The notes under the pieces are model-generated. The model worked only from the letters and a program-made list of their open reading frames with translations. It was not told the DNA's origin and ran no database searches. The translations under genes were made by a program, and so were the position numbers. From Octopus sinensis (taxonomy: Eukaryota), in assembly GCF_006345805.1 (NCBI RefSeq), contig NC_043022.1, forward strand, positions 16,430,001 to 16,494,000: a stretch of DNA of 64,000 bases, read 5' to 3'. Below, piece by piece: positions 11,531-23,069 of the stretch (position 1 is the stretch's first letter; each line of letters begins with the position of its first letter).

Positions 11531-12104
11531 GTAATCTGTCCACCACCACCCCCGCTTTCTCTCTCTCTCTCTCTCTCTCTTCCTCCCTCCCACTCTCTCA
11601 AGGAGATATTTGAATACTCTCTGGAGTTTATTGAGATGATCACACTTCTGTCAAGGCAGCTCTTCAAACTGTAAGACATATTTTTCCACTCTCAGATAGC
11701 AGCATCATCACATTTCCCTTACTCTCTCTCTTTCTTCCTCTCTCTCTCTCTCCCATCTCATCTCCCTCCCCTCTCTCTCTCTTTCCTCCCCCTGCCACAC
11801 TGGTTACCAAAATTACTATTTACTTCTTTATGTCCTTGCAACAATACTTCATTGAACTCGGCTGCAAAAGAAATTGCCAGTTCAATGTTTCCGTAAAAGC
11901 AACATGTTGAACGACTGGTCCACTCGGCTCTGATGAGTTCAGATGTTGCCTGGCTTTGCTGTTTGCTTGTTAAGCAGAGCACTTCAATGGCTGGAGTCCT
12001 ATTAAAAGCCTTCACCTGTAAAATACCTGATCAACGGTTTGTGCAGGTATGTGGACTTCATGACCGAACTAATTAGTGATAACACAAACAGAAGAATGTA
12101 CATC

Positions 12105-12320
12105 TTTTATCTTTTATCTTTTGCTTGTTTCAGTCATTAGACTGCGGCCATGCTGGGGCACCACCTTCAAGAATCTTCAACCAAATGAATCAACCCCTGC
12201 ACTTTTTTCTTTTTAAAGCTTCATACTTATTCTATCAGTCCCTTCTTCTGAACCAATGAGTTACAAGGACATAAACAAACCAGCACTGGCTGTCAAGCAG
12301 TGGTGGGAGACAAACAGTCA

Positions 12321-12356
<36 letters not shown>

Positions 12357-12565
12357 CACATACAGATATACATATAGATAAATAGATATGCATACATATC
12401 AATGAACTGCTTTCAATTTCCATCAACCAAGTCCATTCTCAAGGCTGTGGTCAGCCTTAAGGTATAGTAGAAGACACTCGCCCCAGGGTGCTATGCTGTG
12501 GGACTGAACCCAGAACCATTTCGTTGGTAAGCAAGCTTCTTACCACACATCAACACCTGCACCTA
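12105..12565 (-). mobile_element. Family A SINE
   Basis: Full head-to-tail homology with 3496-3890 on the minus strand; internal (CA)n. Confidence 0.85.
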
Positions 12566-12629
12566 TAAAAAATATTGAAAAATCTATTGAATCAATAGAC
12601 ATATATTTGATGTGTACATTCTTGGAGAT

Positions 12630-13093
12630 CATCACCATTGTCGTTTAACTTCCACTTTTCCATGGTTGCATGGGTCAGATGGAATTTGTTGAGACAGAGT
12701 TTCAACAACTGGATACTTTTCCCGTTGCCAATCCTCACCTATTTTCAACAAGGTAATATTTTCTCAAGGTGGTGAACTGGCAGAAATGTTAGCACACCGG
12801 GCGAAATGCTTAGCAGTATTTCATCTGTCTTTGTGTTCTGAGTTTAAATTCCACCGAGGTCGACTTTGCCTCTCATCTTTTCGAGGTCGATAAATTAAGT
12901 ACCAGTTGTGTACTGGATCGATCTAATTGACTGGTCCCCTCCCTAAAAATTTCAAGCCTTGTGCCTAGAGTAGAAAAGAATATTTCCTCATAGCCAGACA
13001 TATTTTTCCTTACCTGTATGACAGTGATACTTGTTTGCAAACATCAGGTGATGATGTCAACACAATAGTGCATGCACACACACACACACACAT

Positions 13094-13138
<45 letters not shown>

Positions 13139-13320
13139 CACACACAGTGGACTGCTTGCACTTTCCATCTACCAAATTCACTCACAAGACTTTAGTCTGC
13201 TCAGGGTTATCGAAAGAGATACTTGCCCAAGATGCCACACAATGGTACAAATCCAAGACCATACGACAGGAAAGCAACCCCCCCCCCCCAACCATGCAAT
13301 CTCGCCTGCACCTATGTGTA
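12630..13320 (-). mobile_element. Family A head with RTE-type tail (hybrid SINE), interrupted by a Meta SINE at about 12768-12980 (+)
   Basis: The tail sequence matches 52020-52150 and the head matches family A. Confidence 0.6.
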
Positions 13321-13530
13321 TTGGTTTCTAATTTTGGCACAAGGCCAGCATTTTCTGGGGAGGGGATAAGTTGATTACATCAGCCCCAGTACAGAACTGG
13401 TACTTGTTTTATTGACCCTGAAAAAATGAAAGGCAAAGTCAACTTTCACAGAATTTGAACTCAGAACATAAAGACATGAAATGCGGCAGAGCATCTTGCT
13501 CAGCATGTTGACGATTCTGCCAGCTGGCCA
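13320..13530 (-). mobile_element. Meta-domain SINE (family B)
   Basis: Reverse complement of the 8540-8770 head and domain. Confidence 0.75.
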
Positions 13531-13979
13531 CCTGATGTATATTAAAAAACGAGCTAGATTAAATGATAAACAAGTCTCAGAGGACACAAAGTGAAGATAT
13601 TATTGTTTGAATGAGAGATTTAATTTGTTGGATCCCATCTGTGATCTACCTGGCATTAGCACAAAATTGTGCAAAATGTCACAACACAAGTACTTAACCT
13701 GTTGGAATGTGTCTGTAATTCTTGAAGAATTTTCTAGAGTTGAACTACAACAATCATGAAAAGGAATTCAATTTTTATATGAAACATGGCTTCTTAAAAA
13801 TCAAATTATTGTTAAATTCAAGAATATCTCTAGGCAGTCACTTGTCGTGCTAGAAATAGTAGTTAAATTTTTCTAAAAAAATAAAGCATCCTAATGTCTG
13901 GAAAAAAAGAAAAAAACCACATCTAACATAATGTAGTTCTAGATGGGATGGTTATGGTTGGAATGCCTTTCTTACTGGT

Positions 13980-14330
13980 ATGACTGTTGTTAAGAATCTT
14001 GCTTTATAACCATCTGGTTTTGGGTTCCATCCCAATGTGTAGGGGCTTGGACAAGTGCTTTGTACTCTAGCTTGTGAGTGAATTTGGTAAACTGAATCTG
14101 TGTAGAAAACTTTTGTCTGTGTGTGTGTTTCTCCCTCACCACTTGACAACCAGTGCTGGTTTGTTTATGTCCCCTTCACTTAGTAGTTCGATAGAAGAGC
14201 CTGATAGAATAAGTACCAGATTTAACAAATGAAGTACTGAAGTCAATTTGTTCAACTAAGGACCCGTCAAGATGGAGATGCTCCAGCATGGCCACAGTCC
14301 AACGACTGCAGAAAATAAAAAGATAAAAGA
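13980..14330 (+). mobile_element. Family A SINE (diverged)
   Basis: Homology to 3496-3890. Confidence 0.7.
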
Positions 14331-14777
14331 TAGGAGATGACCTCTGTAGTTCTAAGGATATACGTGTTACCATGAAGCACATGTTGGCTGGCAGTGAGAA
14401 AGGAGATAATTCCTAACGCCTGTACACACACACACACAAGCTACAAATTTTCTTTGGGATACACTGTAGAATCTTTAAAGTGTGCACTCCATTACTTGAG
14501 GCTTCTCCTCCTCTGCTCTCATGGCCAGTCATTGATCACCGATTATTGCTGTTTTGACTTCAGTTTATGCTAACATTATTCTTTACATTACCATCAGTAT
14601 GGTAGTCGCTATCAATGTTGCTCTACATATTGTTAGCAAAGCTAATCCCACCAGGCAAACAGTGTTATTGAATTTTTCGCTTTCCATACATTAGTATTTC
14701 ATATGTGTACATATAGTTGTAGTAGTAGTAGTAGTAGTAGTAGTAGTAATAATTATAATACTATACTATGAATACTT

Positions 14778-14955
14778 TTATCTCACTTCACCCTCCTCTC
14801 TTTTCCCTCCCTTCATCCTCCTCTCTTTTCTCTCCCTTCATCTTTTATGTAACCCCCCCCCCAACCACCACCACACGCACAAATTGTAAACTGTCATTGT
14901 TACGTTCTCCTCATCTGATAACCCCGTGGCAAATAAAAGAAGTAACAATAATAAC
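14778..14955 (+). mobile_element. Putative LINE 3' tail with AATAAA and (AAT)n; second copy at about 16053-16185
   Basis: Shared ...ttgtaaact...cctcatctgat.cccc..g.caaataaaagaa.taac.ataataa. Confidence 0.5.
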
Positions 14956-15444
14956 CCTTTCTATTATAGGCACAGGACCTGGAATTTTTTTTGGCGGGGA
15001 AGGGGTTAGTCGATTACATCAACACCCCTCCACACCACAGTACGCAACTGGTAATATTTTATTGGCCCTGAAAAGGATGAAATGCAAAGTTTGACCTTGG
15101 TTGAGTTTGAACTCGGAACATAAAGACAGTCAAAATGCATTTTGTCTGACACAGTAGGGATTCTATCTGCTTGCTGCCATTATATAATAATAATAATAAT
15201 AATAATAGCAAAAATAAGAAGAGTGCCATTGTTATCTAGCGTGCCTTCCACAGGTTCAAAAAATAAACTTGTCAGTCTAGTGCATTTTTGGTAATATTTT
15301 ATAGAATTGAGGTAACCCCTCCAGAAGGTATACAGAAGCAAAAAAAAAAAAAAAAGAAGAGTGCCATTATTATAACAATGGCACTCTTCTTTTTCTTTTG
15401 CTTCTGTATACCTACTGGAGGAGTTACCCAAGCCTATAAAATAT

Positions 15445-15516
<72 letters not shown>

Positions 15517-15997
15517 TAATAACAATAATAATTGTTTCAAATTTTTCCACACAGACAACCATGTTTGGGGGAGAGTATGTGTTGATTACATCGACCCCAG
15601 TGTTCAACTGGTACTCAATTCATTGATCCCCGAAAGGCAAAGTTGACTTTGGCAGAATTTGAACTCAGAATGTAGCGATGGGCAAAATACTGCTAAGCAT
15701 TTCATCCAGCACACTAACAATTCTGCCAGCTTGCCACTTTAAATAATAATAATAATAATAATAATAAATAATAATAATAATAATCTCTTTTACTAAAGGC
15801 ACAAGGCCTGAAATTTGCAGTGAGGGGACTAGTCAATTACATTGACCCCAGTGTTTCACTGGTACTTAATTTATCAGCCCCGGAAAGATGAAAGGCAAAG
15901 TCAACCCTGGTGGAATTTGAACTCAGGACATAGTGATAGGCGAATACCACTAAGCATTTCATCCAGCGTGCTAATGATTCTGCTCACTTGACACCTT
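14955..15997 (-). mobile_element. Cluster of three Meta-domain SINEs (about 14955-15180, 15530-15740, 15785-15997) separated by (AAT)n
   Basis: Each carries ...gaaaggcaaagt.gac..tgg..gaatttgaactc..aa on the + strand. Confidence 0.75.
15311..15428. repeat. ~118-nt spacer-less foldback hairpin
   Basis: ggtaacccctccagaaggtatacagaagcaaaa...gaagagtgccatt pairs with aatggcactcttc...ttttgcttctgtatacctactggaggagttacc. Confidence 0.9.
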
Positions 15998-16589
15998 AAT
16001 AATAATAAAAATAATAATAATAATGATTTTAATAGTGTTCTGTGTATATTTCTATCTCATTTCACACCTCTCTCTTCCTTTCCCTTTTCTTTTATGTAAA
16101 CCTCCTCACACATATTGTAAACTATCTTTGTAATATCTGCCTCATCTGATGCCCCCATGTCAAATAAAAGAAATAACGATAATAATTTTATATATATATA
16201 TATGTAATTATATGTAGGTCTGTATGTGTGTATAAAAATTGATACAATTTGATGGTAGATGTAGTTAACTTGGAGAAATGCATAATTTTAATATTTCTTT
16301 TAATTGTATAACCATGTTGGCTATTAAAATGGGAATGTTGAAATGCAAGTTGTATAGCATTTGAACTTCTCCAGCAGTGACTAGTTCAATATAAATAATC
16401 CAAATTTAAATAATTAATTGGAAAATATGAAGTATTGCTTATCAGGAAGTATTTCTGTTTTATGCCAGGGTACCCCTTGGGTCTTAGAATCATTGCAATG
16501 TTGAAGGAAATAACACTGTAAACCAAGTCTTAAATGATTAATTGAGGGATCGTTTCAGCTTTTAATTAATTAGAATATGTATTCCTCTG

Positions 16590-16790
16590 TGCTAGTGCCA
16601 CATCAAAAGCACCCCTGCTGGTGCCATGTCAAAAGCACCCAGTACACTCTGTAAAGTGCAGAAACCATACCAGAACTGATGATTGGAGCCTAGTGCAGCT
16701 CTCCACTTTGCCAGCTCCTTTCAAACTGTCCAACACATGCCAGCATGGTCAACAGACATTAGGTGATGATGATGATGATGATGATGATAT
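16590..16790 (+). mobile_element. RTE LINE 3' end (family C, diverged)
   Basis: aaaagcaccc repeats, ccaacacatgccagcatgg and a (GAT)n tail. Confidence 0.65.
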
Positions 16791-16859
16791 AGAATTAGCC
16801 CTTATCATCATGTGTGCTAGAGCTCCTCATGCAACAGGCATCCTTGTGTATTCTTTTAA

Positions 16860-17050
16860 ACGTTATGATGCCACTTTGTGTCCAGTCTACTATAATGGCC
16901 CCTCTCCGACTACAATGACTGGTCTTGTGCTTCCACACCTGACCCGCTCATCTCTTCGTCTTTCTCCTCCCAGCCTTGCACCAACCACTGGGCCCAGTCC
17001 TTTCTCCTCTGACCATTGGTCCTTTGGAGCCCTCTGTTTGTATCTTATCT
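16860..17050 (+). mobile_element. Decayed CR1/Jockey-group LINE ORF2 3' fragment; related copy at about 54100-54330
   Basis: YYNG(P/L).S...L motif in both copies (e.g. HDVSCFSLFYQYYNGLCSTELASV near 54118), typical of the C-terminus of these LINEs. Confidence 0.45.
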
Positions 17051-17633
17051 GCAGATATCTATTTTCAACAGTTTAAACAAAACCATAACAACATCAACGC
17101 CCCCCCCCCAGTTAATTATGAAGAGCTATGGGCTCTGCCCCTTCCTCCAGACTCAGCAAATACATAAAAAAAACCTCACAAAAATCCTGTCTATTTACTT
17201 CATTAGTCATCTTTGATCTCAATAATGTTTCTTTCAAACTTAAGTAAATTCTTCTCATTTCATCTTCCCCCCCCTCCTTCCTCTCCTCTTTCTTCGACAT
17301 TTTTCTTTTCTTTCTCTTTAATTATTTTTACTTTCCTTTTTACTTTTTCATTTTTTCTTTTATTTTTCTGTTTTTCTTTTATCTTCTTTTATTTTTATCT
17401 TAATTTATTTTGTTTACATTTTTCTGTTATTCTTTAACTTCCAATTCTCATGCATTTCTCAAAAAAAAATTGTTTTGATTTTTCTCTTCTCTTGAGTTTT
17501 TCTTTTTTTTTTCTGTGTGCATCATTGAAATCAAGTTATCTTTTTACTACATTAATTAATATTATCATATTGTTATGTATTTTATAAATTATAAAAATAT
17601 ACATTGCATTAAACTTACTAAAAGTACATAATG

Positions 17634-17672
<39 letters not shown>

Positions 17673-17770
17673 TAATAATAATGATACTAATGAGAATGTC
17701 TTAAATTATCATAAAACCAATAAACTGGAGATGATGCTACTGCAGTCAACTAAATCCACCTCAGTGGATG

Positions 17771-18070
17771 GAAGCACTCCGTCAGTTACAACGACGAGGG
17801 TTCCGGTTGATCCGAATCAACGGAACAGCCTGCTCGTGAAATTAACGTGTAAGTGGCTGAGCACTCCACAGACACGTGCACCCTTAACGTAGTTCTCGGG
17901 GATATTCAGCGTGACACAGAGAGTGACAAGGCCGGCCCTTTGAAATACAGGTACAACAGAAACAAGAAGTAAGAGTGAGAGAAAGTTGTGGTGAAAGAGT
18001 ACAGCAGGGATCACCACCATCCCCTGCCAGAGCCTCGTGGAACTTTTAGGTGTTTTCGCTCAATAAACAC
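17771..18070 (-). mobile_element. Family D SINE, 5'-truncated
   Basis: Near-identical to 9292-9590. Flanked by a TSD-like acctcagt.g.tgg. Confidence 0.85.
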
Positions 18071-18300
18071 CTACCTCAGTAGGTGGTGTATCAAGTGGTT
18101 CTGTACTCGTGAGTTCAAATACTGCCAACATCAAATATACTTTTCATCTTTTAGAGGTTGATAAAGTCCTTGTCCTATGTTGGGGTTGATTTCTCTCTGT
18201 CTGTCTGTCTGTCTCATTGTGCATCACATAAACATGAGAGGGCCTAAGTCTGAGTCTAATATGTGTGTGTGTGTTTGTGTGTGTATATGTGTATGTATGT

Positions 18301-18629
18301 ATTTTGTTTCGATGAGGAGGTTTTCCCCTGTTTCTCAAAGGCTGTCATTATGTTCAAGACAGTATTTCTTGATACACCAAACATTTCGGCTGTTTCATTA
18401 CGCTAGCGCTTGCCATATGAGCACCGACAATTTGACCTCTTCGAAAGTCCGATAGACCTGTCATTTTAATGAATTGTAATTACCTTTTTCTGGTGATATC
18501 TGAAAAGAAACAGCAAAGTTATCAAAACATAAAAAGCATAAAAATAAAGAAGCTTTTGATGGATTTATAGATATTTCAAAACTATGATGCTATGATGCCA
18601 GGTGTTTCCATTATTTTGTCCAACCCCTG
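18301..18629 (-). mobile_element. Tc1-family DNA transposon left end with frameshifted transposase N-terminus
   Basis: TIR CAGGGGTTGGACAAAATAATGGAAACAC (18629-18602) next to TA. From the ATG at 18464: MTGLSDFRRGQIVGAHMASASVMK/TAEMFGVSRNTVLNIMTAFEKQGKTSSSKQN, a Tc1 paired-like HTH with a 1-nt frameshift, truncated at a (TG)n tract. Confidence 0.85.
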
Positions 18630-18688
18630 TATGTATATGTCAAGCTTAATTGTATTTATATCTGCATCACTACCTCTCTCTCTCTCTG

Positions 18689-18767
<79 letters not shown>

Positions 18768-19800
18768 GTATGTATGTATATAGATATGTACACATGTAGT
18801 TGTAAAAGAACAGTATTGTATGAAATTCTTTTTTCTTTTCCCATCAGTCGAGTGAACTTCGGATTGAGACTTGAAACCTAATTAAAATACTTGTTGCTCA
18901 GTTTGTTTTCATTTTCCTCCTAACTAGATTTCATTGTAGAAAGTGATATCATAATAGAGACCTGCCAAAGCTGCAGATGCTCATGAAATGCTTCTAGAAA
19001 CAGAGATTCATCCATATTGTTGACATAAGAAGTCTTATAAGAGAATAAAGACTCAGCCATCTCTCTCTCTCTCGCCGTCTCTCTCCTCTTCTTTCCCCTC
19101 ACTGCTTTCCAACAGCTGTCGTTTCAAACAGGTTTCACATACACACTACTCCTCTACATATGTTGCACTGTACAAGTTGTAAGATAAAAAGGCTGCCTAA
19201 TTGAATATATCTATCTTTGTGTATTTTTTTCTATCAGTTTATCTTTTTATACCTCCATGTCCATCTTCCTATTTATCCTATAATCTACATGTACATACAC
19301 ACACACATGCAAGCACAAGCACACACATGCATATGCACAAGCATGTAATGGCAATGAAATTAGTGCAAAATGAAAGAATTGGTTTAAACATTTTCCTGTC
19401 TTTGGCTCTGATTTCTCGTCTGACCCAGAGAGATTTTTACTCAGTGGTGGTGGAGGAACATGGAACAACTCTTCTTTAATTACTGATTCAGTTATTTGCA
19501 GTCCTTCTACGAAATTATCTCTGAGCCTTGTTAAAATAAATATAAGCACAGGTGTGGCCGTGTGGTTAGAAGTTGGCTTCCCAACCATACGGTTCCGGGT
19601 TCAGTCCCACTGCGTTGCACTTTGGACAAGGGTCATATACTCTAGCCTCAGACTGACCAAAGCCTTGTGAGTGGATTTGGTAGACAGAAACTGAAAGAAG
19701 CCTGTCATATATATATATAATATATAAATGTGACCTCGTGTGTACTGTTGGCGATTTTTTTTCCTCTGTCTTCCCTTCTCTGGATCTTTCCTTCTCCTAT

Positions 19801-19835
19801 GTTTCCGATGAAGAGCTCCGCTCGAAACGTTAAAC
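19801..19835 (+). ncRNA. Minimal type I hammerhead motif (U4>C variant) in a pLTR-like element at about 19730-19940
   Basis: GUUU-CCGAUGA-A-GAGC UCC GCUC-GAAA-CG-UU-AAAC. Stem III is reduced to the palindrome AACGUU. Confidence 0.6.
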
Positions 19836-19933
19836 CCTCCTTCTTTCCTTCTTTCCTGAGCGTCCGATAATACTATATTTGTTCCACGTCCTCGCGTTGT
19901 TGTGTTTTTTTGTGCTTTCTTGTTTGGATTAAC

Positions 19934-19986
<53 letters not shown>

Positions 19987-20072
19987 GAAATTTACAGAAA
20001 AACAAAAGATGAAGACAGGTGTATGAACAACAAGCAGGTGTATTAGTTTGATGCTTGGGAAAATGGAAAAGT

Positions 20073-20108
20073 CTTTTACATTTCGAGTTTACACTCTTCA
20101 ACAGAAAG
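20073..20108 (-). ncRNA. Degenerate minimal type I hammerhead motif in a related element at about 19983-20180
   Basis: Minus strand reads CUUU-CUGUUGA-A-GAGU GUAA ACUC-GAAA-UG-UA-AAAG. Core A6>U. Confidence 0.5.
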
Positions 20109-21164
20109 GAAGAGAAAATAAACTGAGAGAGAATAGAAAAAAACTTGTGGATTTTGCGGTCAAGCATGGCAACTGATTAGAAAAAAAGTTTGTGTGTTTG
20201 TCCCCTACTACCACTTAACCAGTGTTGGTCTATTTATATCCCCATAACTTAGTGGCCCAGCAAAAGATATCAACAGAATAAGTACCAGGCTTTTAAAGAA
20301 TAGGTACTGGGATTCGTTCATTTGACTAAAATTTTTCAAGGTGGTGCCCCAGCATGGTCACAGTCTATTGACAGAAACAAGTAAAAGATAAAAGGTAACT
20401 GCAAACAAGAACCAAATATTTATTCCCAAGCACACTTAGCAACATGCTTTTGGTTTTTAGCCTGAGGTTAGGGTTGATTTAGCAAACCTATGATCAGGTA
20501 TTTCACCCATAAACATCCTATCCTTTTAAGGTTATCTAGAACTGTATTATCTAATGTGTTCAATTTTTAATGTGGTGGAGAAAGATTTTGAGTGAGATTT
20601 GACTGCTATTTCTAGCAGTTCCAGTGACCATGCAGAAGCTCTCTCATTACCCTGTATAGGGACATATAATACCAGACCTACATAACGTGATGTCGTAATA
20701 GAAAGATATCTTCATCGTTGCTTTACTACTTGGAAATAACAACTAAATCTCCTCAAATAATGTTTTGAAATTGAAGGACTCTGTGGACAATGAAGTTATA
20801 AATAAATCAGATTGGATGAAATCTTTGTGCATAGAACTGTTCAGCTGACCTCGGGCTAAACAACATTAGTAACTATGGAAACCTTTATTCAAACTATTTC
20901 TTCTTTCTTCCCCACTTCTCTCCCTTATCATCTCTCTCAGCCTTAAAATAGCCGTTCCATAAAAAAATGAAACTTTTACAGTTCTCTAATACTAATGAAT
21001 GCCAATCCAATTAGTTATGATAAATTAATTAAAAGGCTAAAATTAATAACTATTTTTCTTTTTCTTTATTAATGTGACTGATACCCACCTTGCAAAGTTA
21101 GATATAATTAATTGTCAGTAAATGTAACAGATTGCCTGTACCATGATATTTTTGGTCATTTTTT

Positions 21165-21317
21165 TAAACACAAAACAGTTTTACAGTTCTATATTTAAGA
21201 GATGAGGAATTGTGTACATTATTTACATTATTTACATTCGACGGATATTTGTCCTCATCTTGTCTGTTGTTAACACAATGCTTTGGCTGATATACCCTCC
21301 AGCCTTCATCAGGTTGT
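21165..21317 (-). mobile_element. pLTR-like fragment with degenerate hammerhead (21273-21317)
   Basis: Minus strand reads ACAAC-CUGAUGA-A-GGCUG GAGGGUAUAU CAGCC-AAAG-CA-UU-GUGU. The GAAA box is mutated. Confidence 0.5.
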
Positions 21318-21433
21318 GTGGCCTTGGGTTCCATCCCATTGCACAGCACCTTGGCAAGCATCTTTGTCTATAGCCTTGGGGTGACAAATGCCTTGTGATC
21401 GGATTTGATAGATGGAGACTGAAAGGAACTCAT

Positions 21434-21480
<47 letters not shown>

Positions 21481-21680
21481 ATCCCCCACCAGCACTTGAC
21501 AACGGGTGTTAGTTTGTTTACATTCTGTAACTTAGCAATTTTGCAAAAGAGACCAATAGAATAAGTACCAGACTTTAAAAAAAATACGTACTAGGGTTGA
21601 TTAGTTCAACCAACAATCCTTCACCACAATGCCCCAGTATGGCCACAGTCCAGTGACTGAAACAAGTAAAAGAAAAGATA
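21318..21680 (+). mobile_element. Family A SINE (5' end lost or fused)
   Basis: gggttccatccc...cagtatggccacagtccagtgactgaaacaagtaaaag. Confidence 0.75.
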
Positions 21681-23036
21681 TTTGTAGAAGGATTTTTTAT
21701 TAACTGTCCCCCCGACCCCACAACATTACATTTTTTATGATCTGATTGTAATACTTCCATTGCATGTGGTGCACTGGTAGGTCCTCAACAAAACTAGTAC
21801 CTTATATAGTTATCAATTCCCATTAGTATTTGCTAGAGCACTTGGGTTAGGGACAAAAGCATTAATGAGTTCCATTTGAAACTTTCCTTTAGTTTTGTTG
21901 TCAAGATGCAATGTAGCTCCCAGGGCCTTTCTCGCTTCTACTTTAATCACAGAAATGCCCTGACTAGAAAGAATTATTACCTTAAGGGTTAATTTTTAAC
22001 TGTTGTGGATGGAAGAAACCTGTGATTATAGACAGAAAGAATTTCTCAGAGATGGTCAGTTTAGTTGTGAAAGGGTTGGACATTGTGTTTGATATTGAGT
22101 CAAGTGGGAGAAAATGTACTTAATGTAGAGCACCGAATGAATTACTCCTGTAAAGGTTAGCAAATTCATTAGCTTTAATGATAATTCTTGTCAAGAAAGC
22201 CAAGGGACTGAAGTATTGGTTGGAAACATGCAGTTGGAAGTATGACCTTTGGTGAGTACAGTGTCAACTCTGAACATGTTTTAGTGTTATTAATCCTTTT
22301 CAGTAAAACATATTCTTTCATCTACTGACAAATCATGGAATGATGAAGAATAGAAAGATATCTGAGGGGAAAATGTCCACCGGTTGGATAATTTAAGATA
22401 ATTGCATGGGAAGATTGCAAGAACATACAAGAAGTTGGAGGTGAGGGAAAAAATGTGAATGAATTGACATTTTTTAAAATCAATTAAAATTGTATGTGTA
22501 ATGAAGAGAAAAGCGATTAGTTTTAATGTCCATTCCTGTGAAGTAAAAAAGATAAGGAACAGATTTGATTTTGAGTTTGAGGGTTCAGAAACACTGGATT
22601 TGACCATAAGAACGGTAAATGGTTAGGTGAGAGGAGCAAATGTGATTGTTTATAATAGTTAATGAGGATGAACTATTATTCATGTTAACGAAGTGGGATA
22701 ATATGACAAGAGTTAGTTTATTTATAAGACAATTGTTCTTTAGTCTAGACATGTATTTGTATTCCTAGATCACTGTTGTGGCATGTCCGAATGTGAGACA
22801 CACTCTCGAGTTTTATATAATTATGCTTTTCAATGGGTTAGCATGGGTTGCTGGAAACAAACTGAATCCCTTGTGTTGCATCTGTTGTTTTGTAGAGTAT
22901 ATAGAACCTCCTCAAGAGGCCAATATAGATTGTTTATGTATTTGAGGTATGTCTGTGCACATGCCTGCGTGTGTTCTGACACAGAAAGATGAAAAAGATG
23001 GTGTATATGAGTGGCAGATGAAGGGTGACACATGGC

Positions 23037-23069
<33 letters not shown>

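Larger units (their letters stand above)
19548..20395 (+). mobile_element. Family A SINE with two HHR elements inserted in its internal (TA)n
   Basis: SINE head at 19548-19710 and tail at 20190-20395 flank the foreign sequence. Confidence 0.8.

Noticed and set aside
11929-11936. Other CTGATGA/CTGAAGA words (e.g. about 11929, 35098, 37384, 37946, 42080, and 46153 on the minus strand)
   Set aside because: No properly spaced GAAA box or pairing stems I-III, so they were not counted as hammerheads.
11758-12050. 85-aa minus-strand ORF and a + strand frame ending at cag|gtatgt (about 12046)
   Set aside because: No recognisable domain; it may be further decayed retroelement sequence next to the HERO remnant. 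Not enough evidence for a host exon.
19601-20167. 188-aa ORF
   Set aside because: It spans a SINE, a (TA)n tract and two non-coding HHR elements; chance read-through.
22000-22620. Possible decayed LINE endonuclease fragment on the minus strand
   Set aside because: Only vague motif resemblance; too degenerate to call without BLASTx.
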